Assembly: GCA_964550075.1 (NCBI GenBank) | Contig: CAZJYS010000002.1 | Span: 1 to 34,762 of the forward strand | Direction: 5' to 3' | DNA length: 34,762 nucleotides | Source: an uncultured Methylomonas sp. | GTDB taxonomy: Bacteria; Pseudomonadota; Gammaproteobacteria; Methylococcales; Methylomonadaceae | Shown here: positions 1-8,485 of the stretch, one piece after another | How positions within the stretch are numbered: the first letter of the stretch is position 1 | How the letters are laid out: each line of letters opens with the position of its first letter | Translations under genes and position numbers: made by a program | Notes under the pieces: model-generated | Seen by the model: only the letters and a program-made list of their open reading frames with translations | Told to the model about the DNA's origin: nothing | Database searches by the model: none

Positions 1-2
1 TG

Positions 3-455
3 CTGGATGCCTGCCAAACTGTGCCGGATAATCTAACCGCCATTGCCGACAAATTACTCGATCCACTAGGGATTGGTATTGCCAATATTCAGGACGTCAC
101 AGCAGCGGCTGAACAACAGGAAGTCAAAATCGCCACATTTGGGGTGATGCAAAAACAATTTGACGGCCAAATCGGCGCATTCGCCTATTTGTTATTTATT
201 TTGCTCTACGCGCCCTGCGTCGCAGCCACGGCAGCGATTTACAAAGAGACCTCTGCCGCCTGGGCCTTATTCGTCGTGACATGGACAACGTTTATTGCCT
301 ACATGACCGCTACCTTGTTTTACCAAGGCATGACATTCTCTCAACATCCGACCACAGCCAGCTTTTGGTTTGGCTTGTTAAGCTTGCTTTTCGCCGCCAT
401 TTTAGCCTTGCTGCGCTATTACGGTTTTCGAACGCAATCAGGAGTGCTATCGTGA
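3..455 (+). CDS. feoB: Ferrous iron transporter FeoB, C-terminal part (5'-truncated by window edge)
   Basis: Frame is open from position 3. It carries the FeoB C-terminal motif AFAYLLFILLYAPCVAATAAIYKE and hydrophobic TM segments, and is followed by a FeoC-like gene. Confidence 0.93.
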   Translation: MDACQTVPDNLTAIADKLLDPLGIGIANIQDVTAAAEQQEVKIATFGVMQKQFDGQIGAFAYLLFILLYAPCVAATAAIYKETSAAWALFVVTWTTFIAYMTATLFYQGMTFSQHPTTASFWFGLLSLLFAAILALLRYYGFRTQSGVLS

Positions 456-688
456 TTTTCTCGGATTTAAGGAATTATCTGCAAATCAAACGTCGCGCCA
501 CGTTAAGCGACATGGTGTTACATTTCGGGATTGACGCTCCTGCACTGCGCGGCATGTTGGCAAAGTGGATCAGTAAAGGAAAAATCCGCTTGTCACCCAC
601 CAGCAGTAACTGCGGTACCAGTTGCTGCAAATGCGATCCTTTGCTTACCGAAATTTACGAATGGGTAGATGACAGTATTTCATCCTGA
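452..688 (+). CDS. feoC: FeoC-like winged-helix protein with Cys cluster (78 aa)
   Basis: GTG at 452 overlaps the feoB stop (GTGA), with GGAG at 441-444. Sequence MIFSDLRNYLQIKRRATLSDMVLHFGIDAPALRGMLAKWISKGKI...CGTSCCKC...EIYEW fits FeoC. The ORF-track start at 281 is too far upstream. Confidence 0.88.
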   Translation: MIFSDLRNYLQIKRRATLSDMVLHFGIDAPALRGMLAKWISKGKIRLSPTSSNCGTSCCKCDPLLTEIYEWVDDSISS

Positions 689-898
689 TTCACCCGGCTG
701 CTGTAATTATTTTGATCCGGAAAGCCAGCGTTTCATCAATCATAACTACAACACCAATCAACCCATATCCAACAGATATCAGCCCTCAAACCCGGATTTT
801 GGGAAATCATCATGTGGATCAAAGCGGTCGCAAAGTCTAGTTTACTGCCGATACTGCAGCTGGTAACGTAGCGGATTGGGTAGAAATGTAATTCAATG

Positions 899-930
899 GG
901 CGCGCCGTTAGATTCATATTTCGGCGCGCC
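899..930. terminator. GC-rich hairpin between convergent transcription units (possible terminator)
   Basis: GGCGCGCCG (899-907) and CGGCGCGCC (922-930) form a perfect 9-bp stem with a 14-nt loop. U-tracts are weak on both strands. Confidence 0.55.
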
Positions 931-1006
931 TGTCTTATCAAACAATTGTTCAAGCTTACTTGATGTCTAGCCTAACGTCGATTGGTAACAATTAGATTAT
1001 CTTGCG

Positions 1007-1234
1007 CTAATGGTTGTTGGACACATCGATAGTTTCCAACCAACTTTCCATATCTTCCAACAGGCTCTTCAATGTTTGCGCTTCCAAAGTCAGCTCGTTG
1101 ATAGCCTGGGTACGACTTGTTTCTGGAGGCTTCATGTTTGCAGAATTGATTTTGACTGACGTTGCCGATTGCTGTTCGGTTAACAGGGCTTCCAGCCCTC
1201 GACCCAGGCCGCGTTTGGGGGGAGTTGAATTCAT
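1007..1234 (-). CDS. Small hypothetical protein with ParB-like N-terminal peptide and C-terminal coiled coil (75 aa; alternative TTG start at 1249)
   Basis: MNSTPPKRGLGRGLEALL matches the ParB/Spo0J N-terminal (K)RGLGRGLxALL motif. The C-terminal helix INELTLEAQTLKSLLEDMESWL is heptad-like. Confidence 0.75.
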   Translation of the reverse strand: MNSTPPKRGLGRGLEALLTEQQSATSVKINSANMKPPETSRTQAINELTLEAQTLKSLLEDMESWLETIDVSNNH

Positions 1235-1327
1235 GAGGGTGTTTGGCAAAGTACCGCTTGATCTAAACGTAAACTAGAAAAATGGCCCAAACTCAGAAAC
1301 CCACAGAAAAACACTTTTCCAATCGGT

Positions 1328-1618
1328 TTATTCGCTTTCAGCCAACCAGCCTTCAAGAGCATCAATCAATTCCCTGGCCTGTTTTTCGCTGGAAATGTTG
1401 AATTTGGATTTTTGTTGATATTCGCCATTGCGTTTTTGATAGCGGCGAATGCTGAATCTATCCGCACTATATTGCTCTTTACTGGGCTCCCAGTCCTGAT
1501 AACGGTAAATCACCGTAGCCCAAGCGCCCTTACTCAATACTTTTTTATCCAGTTCCTTGACGGTTTCGATACCGCCATCTTCATAGCTAATGGTTAATTC
1601 TTCAACGGTTTCTGCCAT
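1328..1618 (-). CDS. Hypothetical protein (96 aa), possibly PC4-like fold
   Basis: ATG at 1618 preceded by GAGA. Protein-like composition (MAETVEELTISYEDGG...SIRRYQKRNGEYQQKSKFNISSEKQARELIDALEGW). Co-oriented with the upstream beta-propeller gene. Confidence 0.8.
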   Translation of the reverse strand: MAETVEELTISYEDGGIETVKELDKKVLSKGAWATVIYRYQDWEPSKEQYSADRFSIRRYQKRNGEYQQKSKFNISSEKQARELIDALEGWLAESE

Positions 1619-1665
1619 AGTGTTCTCAATTGGGATTAAAACGGCGCGGAGTGTAACACAGACCA

Positions 1666-2616
1666 CTAAGGACTGATAAATTCACCGAAGGCACGACTCC
1701 CCTCTCCCGTGGAAATGGTTTGGATCACTTTCAGGGTTTTGGCGTCAATCACCGAAACATTATTATCAAACCAATTGGCTACATAAACCGATGCCCCATC
1801 AGGATGGGTACTGATGCCTTCCGGTTTATCACCGACATCGATCACGGCAAGGGATTTCAGGGTTTTGGTATCAATCACCGAAACCGTGCTGTCATCCTGA
1901 TTGGTGACAAACAGCAGGCTATCATCCAATGCCAATGCCACGGCATAAGGTCGCGCTCCTACCTTAATTGTGGCAACACGCTTCATATTGTTAGCGTCCA
2001 GCACAGTGACATCATTGCTTTCGACATTGGCCGAATACAATTTTTTGCCTTGGCTATCCACCACAATCCCAAACGGATGTGCACCTACTTTGGTGGTGTT
2101 TCTAACGGTCAGTTTTTTCAGATCAATCTGCGAAATCGAATCATCAATTCGATTGGCGACATACAGCCATTTGTTGTCCGGGCTGACCGTCATGCCGGAA
2201 GGTGATTTTCCTACTTTTAGGACTGATATTTTTTCAAAATGGGTGGTATTGAACACACTGACCGAATTTTCATACCAATCCGCCACAAAGACTCGTTCAC
2301 CGGCTTTATCGGTGGTGATACCCAGTGACGCCCCGCCCACTTTAACGGATTTTTTGACATCGAATGTTTGACCATCCAGAACCGTGAACCCACCCCCCTC
2401 AGGGGTGCTGATATAAATCTGTTTTTTGGGCGCATTGACAGCCACACCCGCCGGTTTGCCGGACACTTTGACGGTATTAATCACTTTCTGCTCGGCTGTA
2501 TCGATCACCGAAACTGAATTGTCCAGCTGGTTGGTGATAAATGCATAGGGTTTGGCGTAACTGATGTTGGCAGCAGTCAGAAACAGCACAAAGGCAACAA
2601 TCGAATGTTTAGGCAT
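1666..2616 (-). CDS. Periplasmic YVTN/YncE-family beta-propeller repeat protein, MxaE-like
   Basis: Signal peptide followed by about seven repeats of the type VG..P.G(I/V)...DG..LYV(A/T)N...(N/D)SVSVID. Lies directly downstream of an mxaD homolog, as mxaE does in mxa clusters. Confidence 0.88.
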   Translation of the reverse strand: MPKHSIVAFVLFLTAANISYAKPYAFITNQLDNSVSVIDTAEQKVINTVKVSGKPAGVAVNAPKKQIYISTPEGGGFTVLDGQTFDVKKSVKVGGASLGITTDKAGERVFVADWYENSVSVFNTTHFEKISVLKVGKSPSGMTVSPDNKWLYVANRIDDSISQIDLKKLTVRNTTKVGAHPFGIVVDSQGKKLYSANVESNDVTVLDANNMKRVATIKVGARPYAVALALDDSLLFVTNQDDSTVSVIDTKTLKSLAVIDVGDKPEGISTHPDGASVYVANWFDNNVSVIDAKTLKVIQTISTGEGSRAFGEFISP

Positions 2617-2633
2617 GGTGACTCAAAATGAGT

Positions 2634-2666
2634 AAGAAAGCGGCTCCCATCAACCGATGGAAGCCG
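2634..2666 (-). terminator. Terminator-like or stabilising hairpin between mxaD and the beta-propeller gene
   Basis: Minus strand reads CGGCTTCCATC-GGTT-GATGGGAGCCG followed by CTTTCTT: an 11-bp stem with one G-U pair, just after the mxaD stop. Confidence 0.65.
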
Positions 2667-2679
2667 AATCAGGCAGGAT

Positions 2680-3279
2680 TTAGCGTTTGATGTCAATTTT
2701 GACTTCAGCGTTACTGCTAGGTACTACTTTTTTGGCCAAGGCTTCCAGGCCTGTTGTCAAAACTGCTTTTACCGCTTTATCAGCCGCTTCTTCGTTCAGT
2801 TCGGCGGGTGGATTATTGTTAACATAAGCTCGATAGTAAGTAGCTACCCATTCCACTTCGGCTTTACCACCTTTATCTTCCACGGCAATTTCAGCAGCAT
2901 AGTTACCGACAGGCAAAACCGGAATCTCTTCGTCTTGCCCTGCATGTTTAATAGTGCCAACGGAACTGGCATCAGTCATTTTATATTTGTAGGCCATTTT
3001 GCTGTCATCATGTGATTTCAGCTCTTCGGTCACTACTCCCCCTTTTACAAAAGTCAGAATGCGAATAGAGCCTTTTTGATTGCCGCCATCACCCTTGACA
3101 CTTTTAACATCAGGATGCCAGGACATGTCATCGTAGTTTTTGATCACTTCCCATACTTTGGCAGCCGGGGCATCGATGCTGATCGTCGCTGTCATTTTTG
3201 CTCTGACCGGACCATGGGCATTGACCATGCCGGTAAACATCATTAAAGCAGCTGAAACAAGTAGCGAGGTTTTTTTCAT
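2680..3279 (-). CDS. mxaD: MxaD family periplasmic SRPBCC/START-fold protein (methanol oxidation accessory protein)
   Basis: Signal peptide ending in AHGP, plus I.IDAPAAKVW, SWHP, LPV.NY.A and VEWVATYYRAYVNNNPPAELNEEAA segments characteristic of MxaD. Confidence 0.88.
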   Translation of the reverse strand: MKKTSLLVSAALMMFTGMVNAHGPVRAKMTATISIDAPAAKVWEVIKNYDDMSWHPDVKSVKGDGGNQKGSIRILTFVKGGVVTEELKSHDDSKMAYKYKMTDASSVGTIKHAGQDEEIPVLPVGNYAAEIAVEDKGGKAEVEWVATYYRAYVNNNPPAELNEEAADKAVKAVLTTGLEALAKKVVPSSNAEVKIDIKR

Positions 3280-3317
3280 AACATTTTCCCATGGTGGTCA
3301 GATAAAATTGAACCGCG

Positions 3318-3323
3318 ATTATA
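3318..3323 (-). promoter_or_regulatory. Candidate -10 element (TATAAT) upstream of mxaD, no recognisable -35
   Basis: Perfect TATAAT on the minus strand about 40 nt upstream of the ATG. Confidence 0.35.
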
Positions 3324-3405
3324 AAATAAATTCCGGCGTCGAGTAGCTGCAAAAATGTATCCCGGAAATTTTCCCGCCCCTAAAACTGCTTCAAAGGCCT
3401 AACCC

Positions 3406-4842
3406 ATGACAACTGCCACCTACTATTGGCACGACTACGAAACCTTCGGCATCAATCCGCAACGTGATCGGGCTTGTCAATTTGCCGGAATCCGCACCGA
3501 TGTGGATTTTAATGTCATCGGTGAACCGCTGATGCTGTATTGCAAAACCGCCGAGGATTATCTGCCCAATCCTGAAGCTTGCCTGATTACCGGCATTACC
3601 CCGCAACTCTGCAATGAAAAAGGCATTTGTGAAGCCGAGTTCACCCGCATCATCCACGAAGAATTGGCTCAACCGGGTACTTGTGGCATAGGCTATAACA
3701 GTATTCGTTTTGATGACGAAGTCACCCGCAATTTGTTGTATCGTAATTTCTACGACCCCTACGCTAGAGAATGGCAAAACGGCAACTCGCGCTGGGATTT
3801 GATCGATGTAGCACGCGCAGCACGCGCTTTAAGGCCCGACGGTATTCATTGGCCTGTGAATGAGGAAGGCGTCGCCACCTTTAGACTGGAAGTGTTGACT
3901 CAAGCCAACGACATTACGCATCAAGCCGCTCATGATGCTTTATCGGATGTTTACGCCACCATCGCTTTGGCGAAATTGATCAAGCAACGCCAACCCAAGT
4001 TATTTAACTACCTATCCGAAAAACGATATAAGACTGCCGCCTTACAACTTTTACAATTGGGCAGTTTTACACCTCTGGTGCATATTTCCGGACGTTTTGC
4101 CGCCAGAAACAACTGCCTGGCCATCATCGTGCCCATTTGTGCTCACCCTAGCAATAGCAATGAAGTGGTTGTTTATGACTTATCTGTCGACCCCAGTGCT
4201 TTGCTTGCGCTGGATGCTGCAGAGATTCAACAGCGGGTTTTTGTAGCCAATGACGCGCTAGCCGAGGGTGTGGAACGCATTCCGCTTAAAACCATACATA
4301 TCAATAAAAGCCCTGTGTTGGCGCCGTTGTCGGTTATTCGTTCGGCGGATGAGGAACGTCTTGGCATTGACTTGGCACAATGTAAAATCCATCTCCAGCA
4401 CATCCAAGCTGCATCCGGGTTAACGCAAAAACTTGCAGAAGTCTTTAACCGCCCCTATTCCGAATCTCCTACTGATCCTGATTTGATGATCTACAGTGGT
4501 GGTTTCTTCAGTCAAAAAGATAAAGCCGCTCTTAATAAAATCAGACAAGCGTCACCACAAAAACTAACTGATTTACGTTTTGAATTTGACGATACACGCA
4601 TCCAGGAAATGCTGTTTCGCTTCCGAGGTCGAAATTATCCGGAAACTCTAAACGCTGAAGAAAAACAAAACTGGCGCGAGTTTTGTCGTCAGCGTTTGAT
4701 GGATTCTGAAGGCGAAGGTAGTTTAAGCTGGTTTAAAAACATGCTGGCCCAATTGCAAAACCAACCGCAAGCCAATCAGCAGTTATTAAAGCAATTACAA
4801 GAGTACGCGGATGCCATACAAACTGTTAATGCTGCAACGTAA
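3406..4842 (+). CDS. sbcB: Exodeoxyribonuclease I (3'-5' ssDNA exonuclease)
   Basis: DEDDh motifs WHDYETFG, GYNSIRFDDE and AHDALSDV, plus LFRFRGRNYPETL near the C-terminus. 478 aa. Confidence 0.97.
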   Translation: MTTATYYWHDYETFGINPQRDRACQFAGIRTDVDFNVIGEPLMLYCKTAEDYLPNPEACLITGITPQLCNEKGICEAEFTRIIHEELAQPGTCGIGYNSIRFDDEVTRNLLYRNFYDPYAREWQNGNSRWDLIDVARAARALRPDGIHWPVNEEGVATFRLEVLTQANDITHQAAHDALSDVYATIALAKLIKQRQPKLFNYLSEKRYKTAALQLLQLGSFTPLVHISGRFAARNNCLAIIVPICAHPSNSNEVVVYDLSVDPSALLALDAAEIQQRVFVANDALAEGVERIPLKTIHINKSPVLAPLSVIRSADEERLGIDLAQCKIHLQHIQAASGLTQKLAEVFNRPYSESPTDPDLMIYSGGFFSQKDKAALNKIRQASPQKLTDLRFEFDDTRIQEMLFRFRGRNYPETLNAEEKQNWREFCRQRLMDSEGEGSLSWFKNMLAQLQNQPQANQQLLKQLQEYADAIQTVNAAT

Positions 4843-4847
4843 CCCGC

Positions 4848-5159
4848 TTAATTAGCTTGATCATCTTCAGCAAATAGCGCGGTGATCATGGCTTTTTCTT
4901 CATCATCGAGAATGCTGGCGGTAGAAAAGAAATGTTGATGCCGAAGCGCTCTGTTCGTAAACAGCCGTTGTCCGGTTCGTCTATCAGTATTGCGACGATC
5001 AAATTCACGCCGCTCTGCAACACGCCTGTCCTGTTTGGGCCAAAGAATATATTGCTGCTTAATTGTAGCCAGCCATTCCGGCGAATTAAATTCATAAGGC
5101 AGGTTTCGACGTTCTTGTGTCCGTCTATTAGATTGCCGTCTCGGCAATGCTCTATCCAT
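4848..5159 (-). CDS. Hypothetical protein with tandem (D/E)RR repeats (103 aa)
   Basis: Strong SD (GGAGGG) 4 nt before the ATG. Seven RR pairs in two runs with period 5. Stop lies 5 nt from the convergent sbcB stop. Confidence 0.8.
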   Translation of the reverse strand: MDRALPRRQSNRRTQERRNLPYEFNSPEWLATIKQQYILWPKQDRRVAERREFDRRNTDRRTGQRLFTNRALRHQHFFSTASILDDEEKAMITALFAEDDQAN

Positions 5160-5214
5160 GGCGCCCTCCAGCGGCGTCTTGAAGTTAAAGTTTTGGAATG
5201 ACTGGAAATAATAA

Positions 5215-5233
5215 AGTTCAAATTTTTTGAACT
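5215..5233. repeat. Perfect 8-bp inverted repeat AGTTCAAA-N3-TTTGAACT (operator-like)
   Basis: Seen directly in the divergent intergenic region between the RR-repeat gene and uvrA. Confidence 0.45.
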
Positions 5234-5376
5234 CTTACTTGATTTTCGCTTAATTTGATCTAAGGGTAAACCCATTTATGAATAATCTGCATAGAGCTCC
5301 GTGATCGGGGAAGGCAGAGGTTAGATTTAATCGAGAAAGCGACTTGATCTGTTCAACATGATTCGTCATTTCTCTT

Positions 5377-5406
5377 TTGCCCAAAGACTGGAATTCCCCG
5401 TATAGT
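5377..5406 (+). promoter_or_regulatory. Candidate sigma70 promoter of uvrA
   Basis: TTGCCC (5377-5382), 18-nt spacer, TATAGT (5401-5406). AGGAA SD at 5426-5430 precedes the GTG at 5439. Confidence 0.5.
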
Positions 5407-5438
5407 ATTCGGTTGTATTCATTCCAGGAACCTCGATA

Positions 5439-8279
5439 GTGGACACCATCAGCATACGCGGCGCCCGCACCCATAATCTAAAAAACATAGACCTCGATTT
5501 ACCCCGCGACAAATTAATCGTCATCACTGGCTTGTCTGGCTCCGGCAAATCCTCACTGGCTTTCGATACGATTTATGCCGAAGGGCAACGCCGTTACGTG
5601 GAATCATTATCCGCTTATGCGCGTCAGTTTTTATCGATGATGGAAAAACCGGACGTTGACCATATTGAAGGCTTGTCACCGGCTATTTCAATAGAACAAA
5701 AATCGACTTCACATAATCCGCGTTCTACTGTCGGGACCATCACCGAAATCTATGATTATCTGCGTTTGTTATATGCGCGTGTCGGCATACCCTGCTGTCC
5801 TGAACATGGCGTGTCATTGCAAGCTCAAACTGTCAGTCAAATGGTGGATCAGGTTTTGGCGCAACCGGAAGGTGAACGCTGGATGCTGCTGGCGCCCGTC
5901 GTCAATGACCGCAAAGGCGAACATGTTTTACTGCTGGAAGATTTAAAAGCCCAGGGATTTTTGCGTGCCCGCATCGACGGCGAAGTCTATGAACTGGACG
6001 AACCACCTGCCCTGGATCTGAAAAAAAAACATACCATCGAAGTGATTGTCGATCGCTTCAAAATCCGTGACGACATGGCGTTAAGATTGGCTGAATCGTT
6101 TGAAACTGCGTTGCGATTATCGAATGGTCTGGCAATGGCAGCCTCAATGGAAAATGATCAACAACTGCTATTTTCCGAACGCTACGCCTGCCTACACTGT
6201 GGCTATAGCATCAGCGAACTGGAGCCAAGAATATTTTCTTTTAATAATCCCAAAGGTGCTTGTCCCAGTTGCGACGGTTTAGGGGTAAGGCAGACTTTTG
6301 ACCCCCAGTTAGTGGTGCATAATCCTAACATCAGTCTGGCGGGTGGTGCGGTGCGTGGCTGGGATAGACGCAATGCCTATTATTATCAAATCATTTGCGC
6401 ATTGGCCGCACACTACAATTTCGACCCGGAAGCCCCCTTCTCGACTATCCCTAAAACTGTGCAAGGCATCATCTTGTATGGTAGCGGCCAGGAAGAAATC
6501 AGCTTTCAACTGCAAATGGGCAATGGCAAACCCAGAACCAGCCGACACCCGTTTGAAGGTATCATACCCAACATGGAGCGCCGCTATCATGAAAGCGATT
6601 CACAGATGGTGCGCGATGAATTAGCCAAATATCTGACCCAACAAACCTGTGCGGTTTGCGAAGGAGCCAGACTGAACCTTGCAGCACGACATGTGTTTGT
6701 TGCAGATCAGCCCTTGCATCAAATCACTCGCTTACCGATCAAACAGTCGCTAGGATTTTTTCAACAGTTGGATATTCCCGGTCACCGTGGTGAGATTGCC
6801 GCCAAAATCAACAAGGAAATTCAGGAGCGACTGGAGTTTTTGGTGAATGTCGGTTTGGATTATCTGACGCTGGACCGTAGCGCCGACACACTGTCCGGGG
6901 GCGAGGCGCAGCGCATTAGGCTGGCTAGTCAAATCGGTGCAGGCTTGGTGGGTGTGATGTACGTGCTGGACGAGCCATCGATCGGTTTACATCAACGCGA
7001 TAATCAACGCTTATTAAACACCTTGTTCAGGTTACGCGATCTAGGCAACACCGTCATCGTGGTCGAACACGATGAAGACGCGATTAATGCGGCTGATCAC
7101 ATTGTTGATATTGGTCCTGGAGCTGGCGTACATGGCGGTGAAATTGTGGCTCAGGGCACGCCTGCACAAATTCTCGCCAATCCCGCATCCCTAACGGGTC
7201 AGTATTTATCGGGTGGATTGAGTATTGAAGTCCCCAAAAAAATCACGCCGCGTGATCCGGCCAAACAATTGACCATACGCCAAGCCAGCGGTAATAACTT
7301 ACAAAATGTCACGGTCAGTTTTCCTGTTGGCTTGCTGACCTGCGTCACCGGCGTATCCGGCTCGGGTAAATCTACACTGGTCAATGACACTTTGTACAGT
7401 TTTGCTGCCCGCACTATCAACGGCGCCAGTTGCATACCAGCTCCCTGTGAAGCTGTAGAAGGCTTGGAACAATTTGACAAGATCGTCGACATCGATCAAA
7501 GTCCGATTGGCCGCACACCTCGCTCCAATCCTGCTACTTACACCGGCATTTTTACGCCGGTACGAGAACTGTTTGCCGCCACACCCGAATCTCGCTCCCG
7601 CGGTTACACCCCAGGTCGTTTCAGTTTTAATGTGAAAGGCGGGCGCTGCGAAGCTTGTGCGGGCGATGGCGTGATTAAGGTGGAAATGCATTTCTTACCG
7701 GATATTTTTGTGCCCTGTGATATTTGCCATGGCAAACGCTATAACCGCGAAACCCTGGAAATTCGCTATAAAGGCAAGACTATTCACGAAGTGCTGGAAA
7801 TGACCGTAGAAGATGCTGCGCAATTTTTCTCCGCAGTGCCCAGTCTGGCTCGCAAGCTGAATACCTTGATTGAGGTAGGACTCAGTTACATTACCCTGGG
7901 ACAAAATGCTATCACCCTATCCGGTGGCGAGGCACAACGTGTCAAACTGGCCAAAGAACTCTCGAAAAGGGATACGGGAAACACACTCTATATCCTGGAT
8001 GAGCCGACCACAGGCTTGCACTTCCATGACATTAAACAATTGTTGAGTGTGTTACACACCCTGCGTGACCACGGCAATACCGTTATTGTGATCGAGCATA
8101 ATCTGGATGTCATCAAAACGGCAGACTGGATTATCGATATGGGGCCCGAAGGGGGCAATGGTGGTGGGACTTTAGTGGCCGAAGGCACACCTCAACAAAT
8201 CGCCAAACACACAGCATCTCATACAGGCTTTTATTTACGGCGGTTTTTTGAATCAAAAAATAGTCAAAAGCATAAGTAA
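5439..8279 (+). CDS. uvrA: Excinuclease ABC subunit A
   Basis: GARTHNLKN start, two Walker A motifs ([16 protein letters not shown]), two LSGGEAQR signatures and CxxC zinc-binding motifs. 946 aa. Confidence 0.99.
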   Translation: MDTISIRGARTHNLKNIDLDLPRDKLIVITGLSGSGKSSLAFDTIYAEGQRRYVESLSAYARQFLSMMEKPDVDHIEGLSPAISIEQKSTSHNPRSTVGTITEIYDYLRLLYARVGIPCCPEHGVSLQAQTVSQMVDQVLAQPEGERWMLLAPVVNDRKGEHVLLLEDLKAQGFLRARIDGEVYELDEPPALDLKKKHTIEVIVDRFKIRDDMALRLAESFETALRLSNGLAMAASMENDQQLLFSERYACLHCGYSISELEPRIFSFNNPKGACPSCDGLGVRQTFDPQLVVHNPNISLAGGAVRGWDRRNAYYYQIICALAAHYNFDPEAPFSTIPKTVQGIILYGSGQEEISFQLQMGNGKPRTSRHPFEGIIPNMERRYHESDSQMVRDELAKYLTQQTCAVCEGARLNLAARHVFVADQPLHQITRLPIKQSLGFFQQLDIPGHRGEIAAKINKEIQERLEFLVNVGLDYLTLDRSADTLSGGEAQRIRLASQIGAGLVGVMYVLDEPSIGLHQRDNQRLLNTLFRLRDLGNTVIVVEHDEDAINAADHIVDIGPGAGVHGGEIVAQGTPAQILANPASLTGQYLSGGLSIEVPKKITPRDPAKQLTIRQASGNNLQNVTVSFPVGLLTCVTGVSGSGKSTLVNDTLYSFAARTINGASCIPAPCEAVEGLEQFDKIVDIDQSPIGRTPRSNPATYTGIFTPVRELFAATPESRSRGYTPGRFSFNVKGGRCEACAGDGVIKVEMHFLPDIFVPCDICHGKRYNRETLEIRYKGKTIHEVLEMTVEDAAQFFSAVPSLARKLNTLIEVGLSYITLGQNAITLSGGEAQRVKLAKELSKRDTGNTLYILDEPTTGLHFHDIKQLLSVLHTLRDHGNTVIVIEHNLDVIKTADWIIDMGPEGGNGGGTLVAEGTPQQIAKHTASHTGFYLRRFFESKNSQKHK

Positions 8280-8485
8280 GCATTCGAGTACATTTCCAAT
8301 CACCGTGCCTTGAAAAAAGTTGTTTCTAACCTATCATTTAAGCAACTAAGTCTGTGATTGATTTGGCAAATTTGACAAATTATCGCAAGTTTAGATGATT
8401 ATACAATCGCTTACAGTACTTAATTGATCAACTTTCTTTGGTTGTTCTACGCTCGTCAGGCGGTGTAAATAAAAAAATAAATTCA

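Noticed and set aside
281-451. ORF-track N-terminal extension of the 281..688 ORF
   Set aside because: It overlaps feoB out of frame. The FeoC-like sequence starts at GTG 452 with its own SD.
669-866. Resemblance of the MTV... Cys-rich ORF to a methanobactin precursor (MbnA) or other RiPP
   Set aside because: It is too long, lacks an MbnA-type basic leader, and there are no mbnBC, radical SAM or other maturase genes in the window.
715-930. Several GGA motifs before a hairpin, suggesting a CsrB/RsmY-type sRNA
   Set aside because: The motifs are not in ANGGA context or evident hairpin loops, and their density is compatible with chance.
736-945. 69-aa minus-strand ORF
   Set aside because: TTG start without an SD, runs through the hairpin, and has no recognisable motif.
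5262-5325. GGGTAAACCC and small stems resembling the start of a c-di-GMP-I riboswitch
   Set aside because: It lacks the GAAA tetraloop and receptor and the downstream conserved elements, and is on the wrong strand for the RR-repeat gene.
5388-5427. Possible LexA box upstream of uvrA (CTGGAAT...ATTCCAG; TTGTATTCATTCCAG)
   Set aside because: Only one good half-site at any valid spacing. It does not fit CTG-N10-CAG.
6021-6029. A9 homopolymer in uvrA (and T8 at 13281-13288 in the MFP gene) as phase-variation tracts
   Set aside because: Both are in-frame Lys-codon runs within intact genes.
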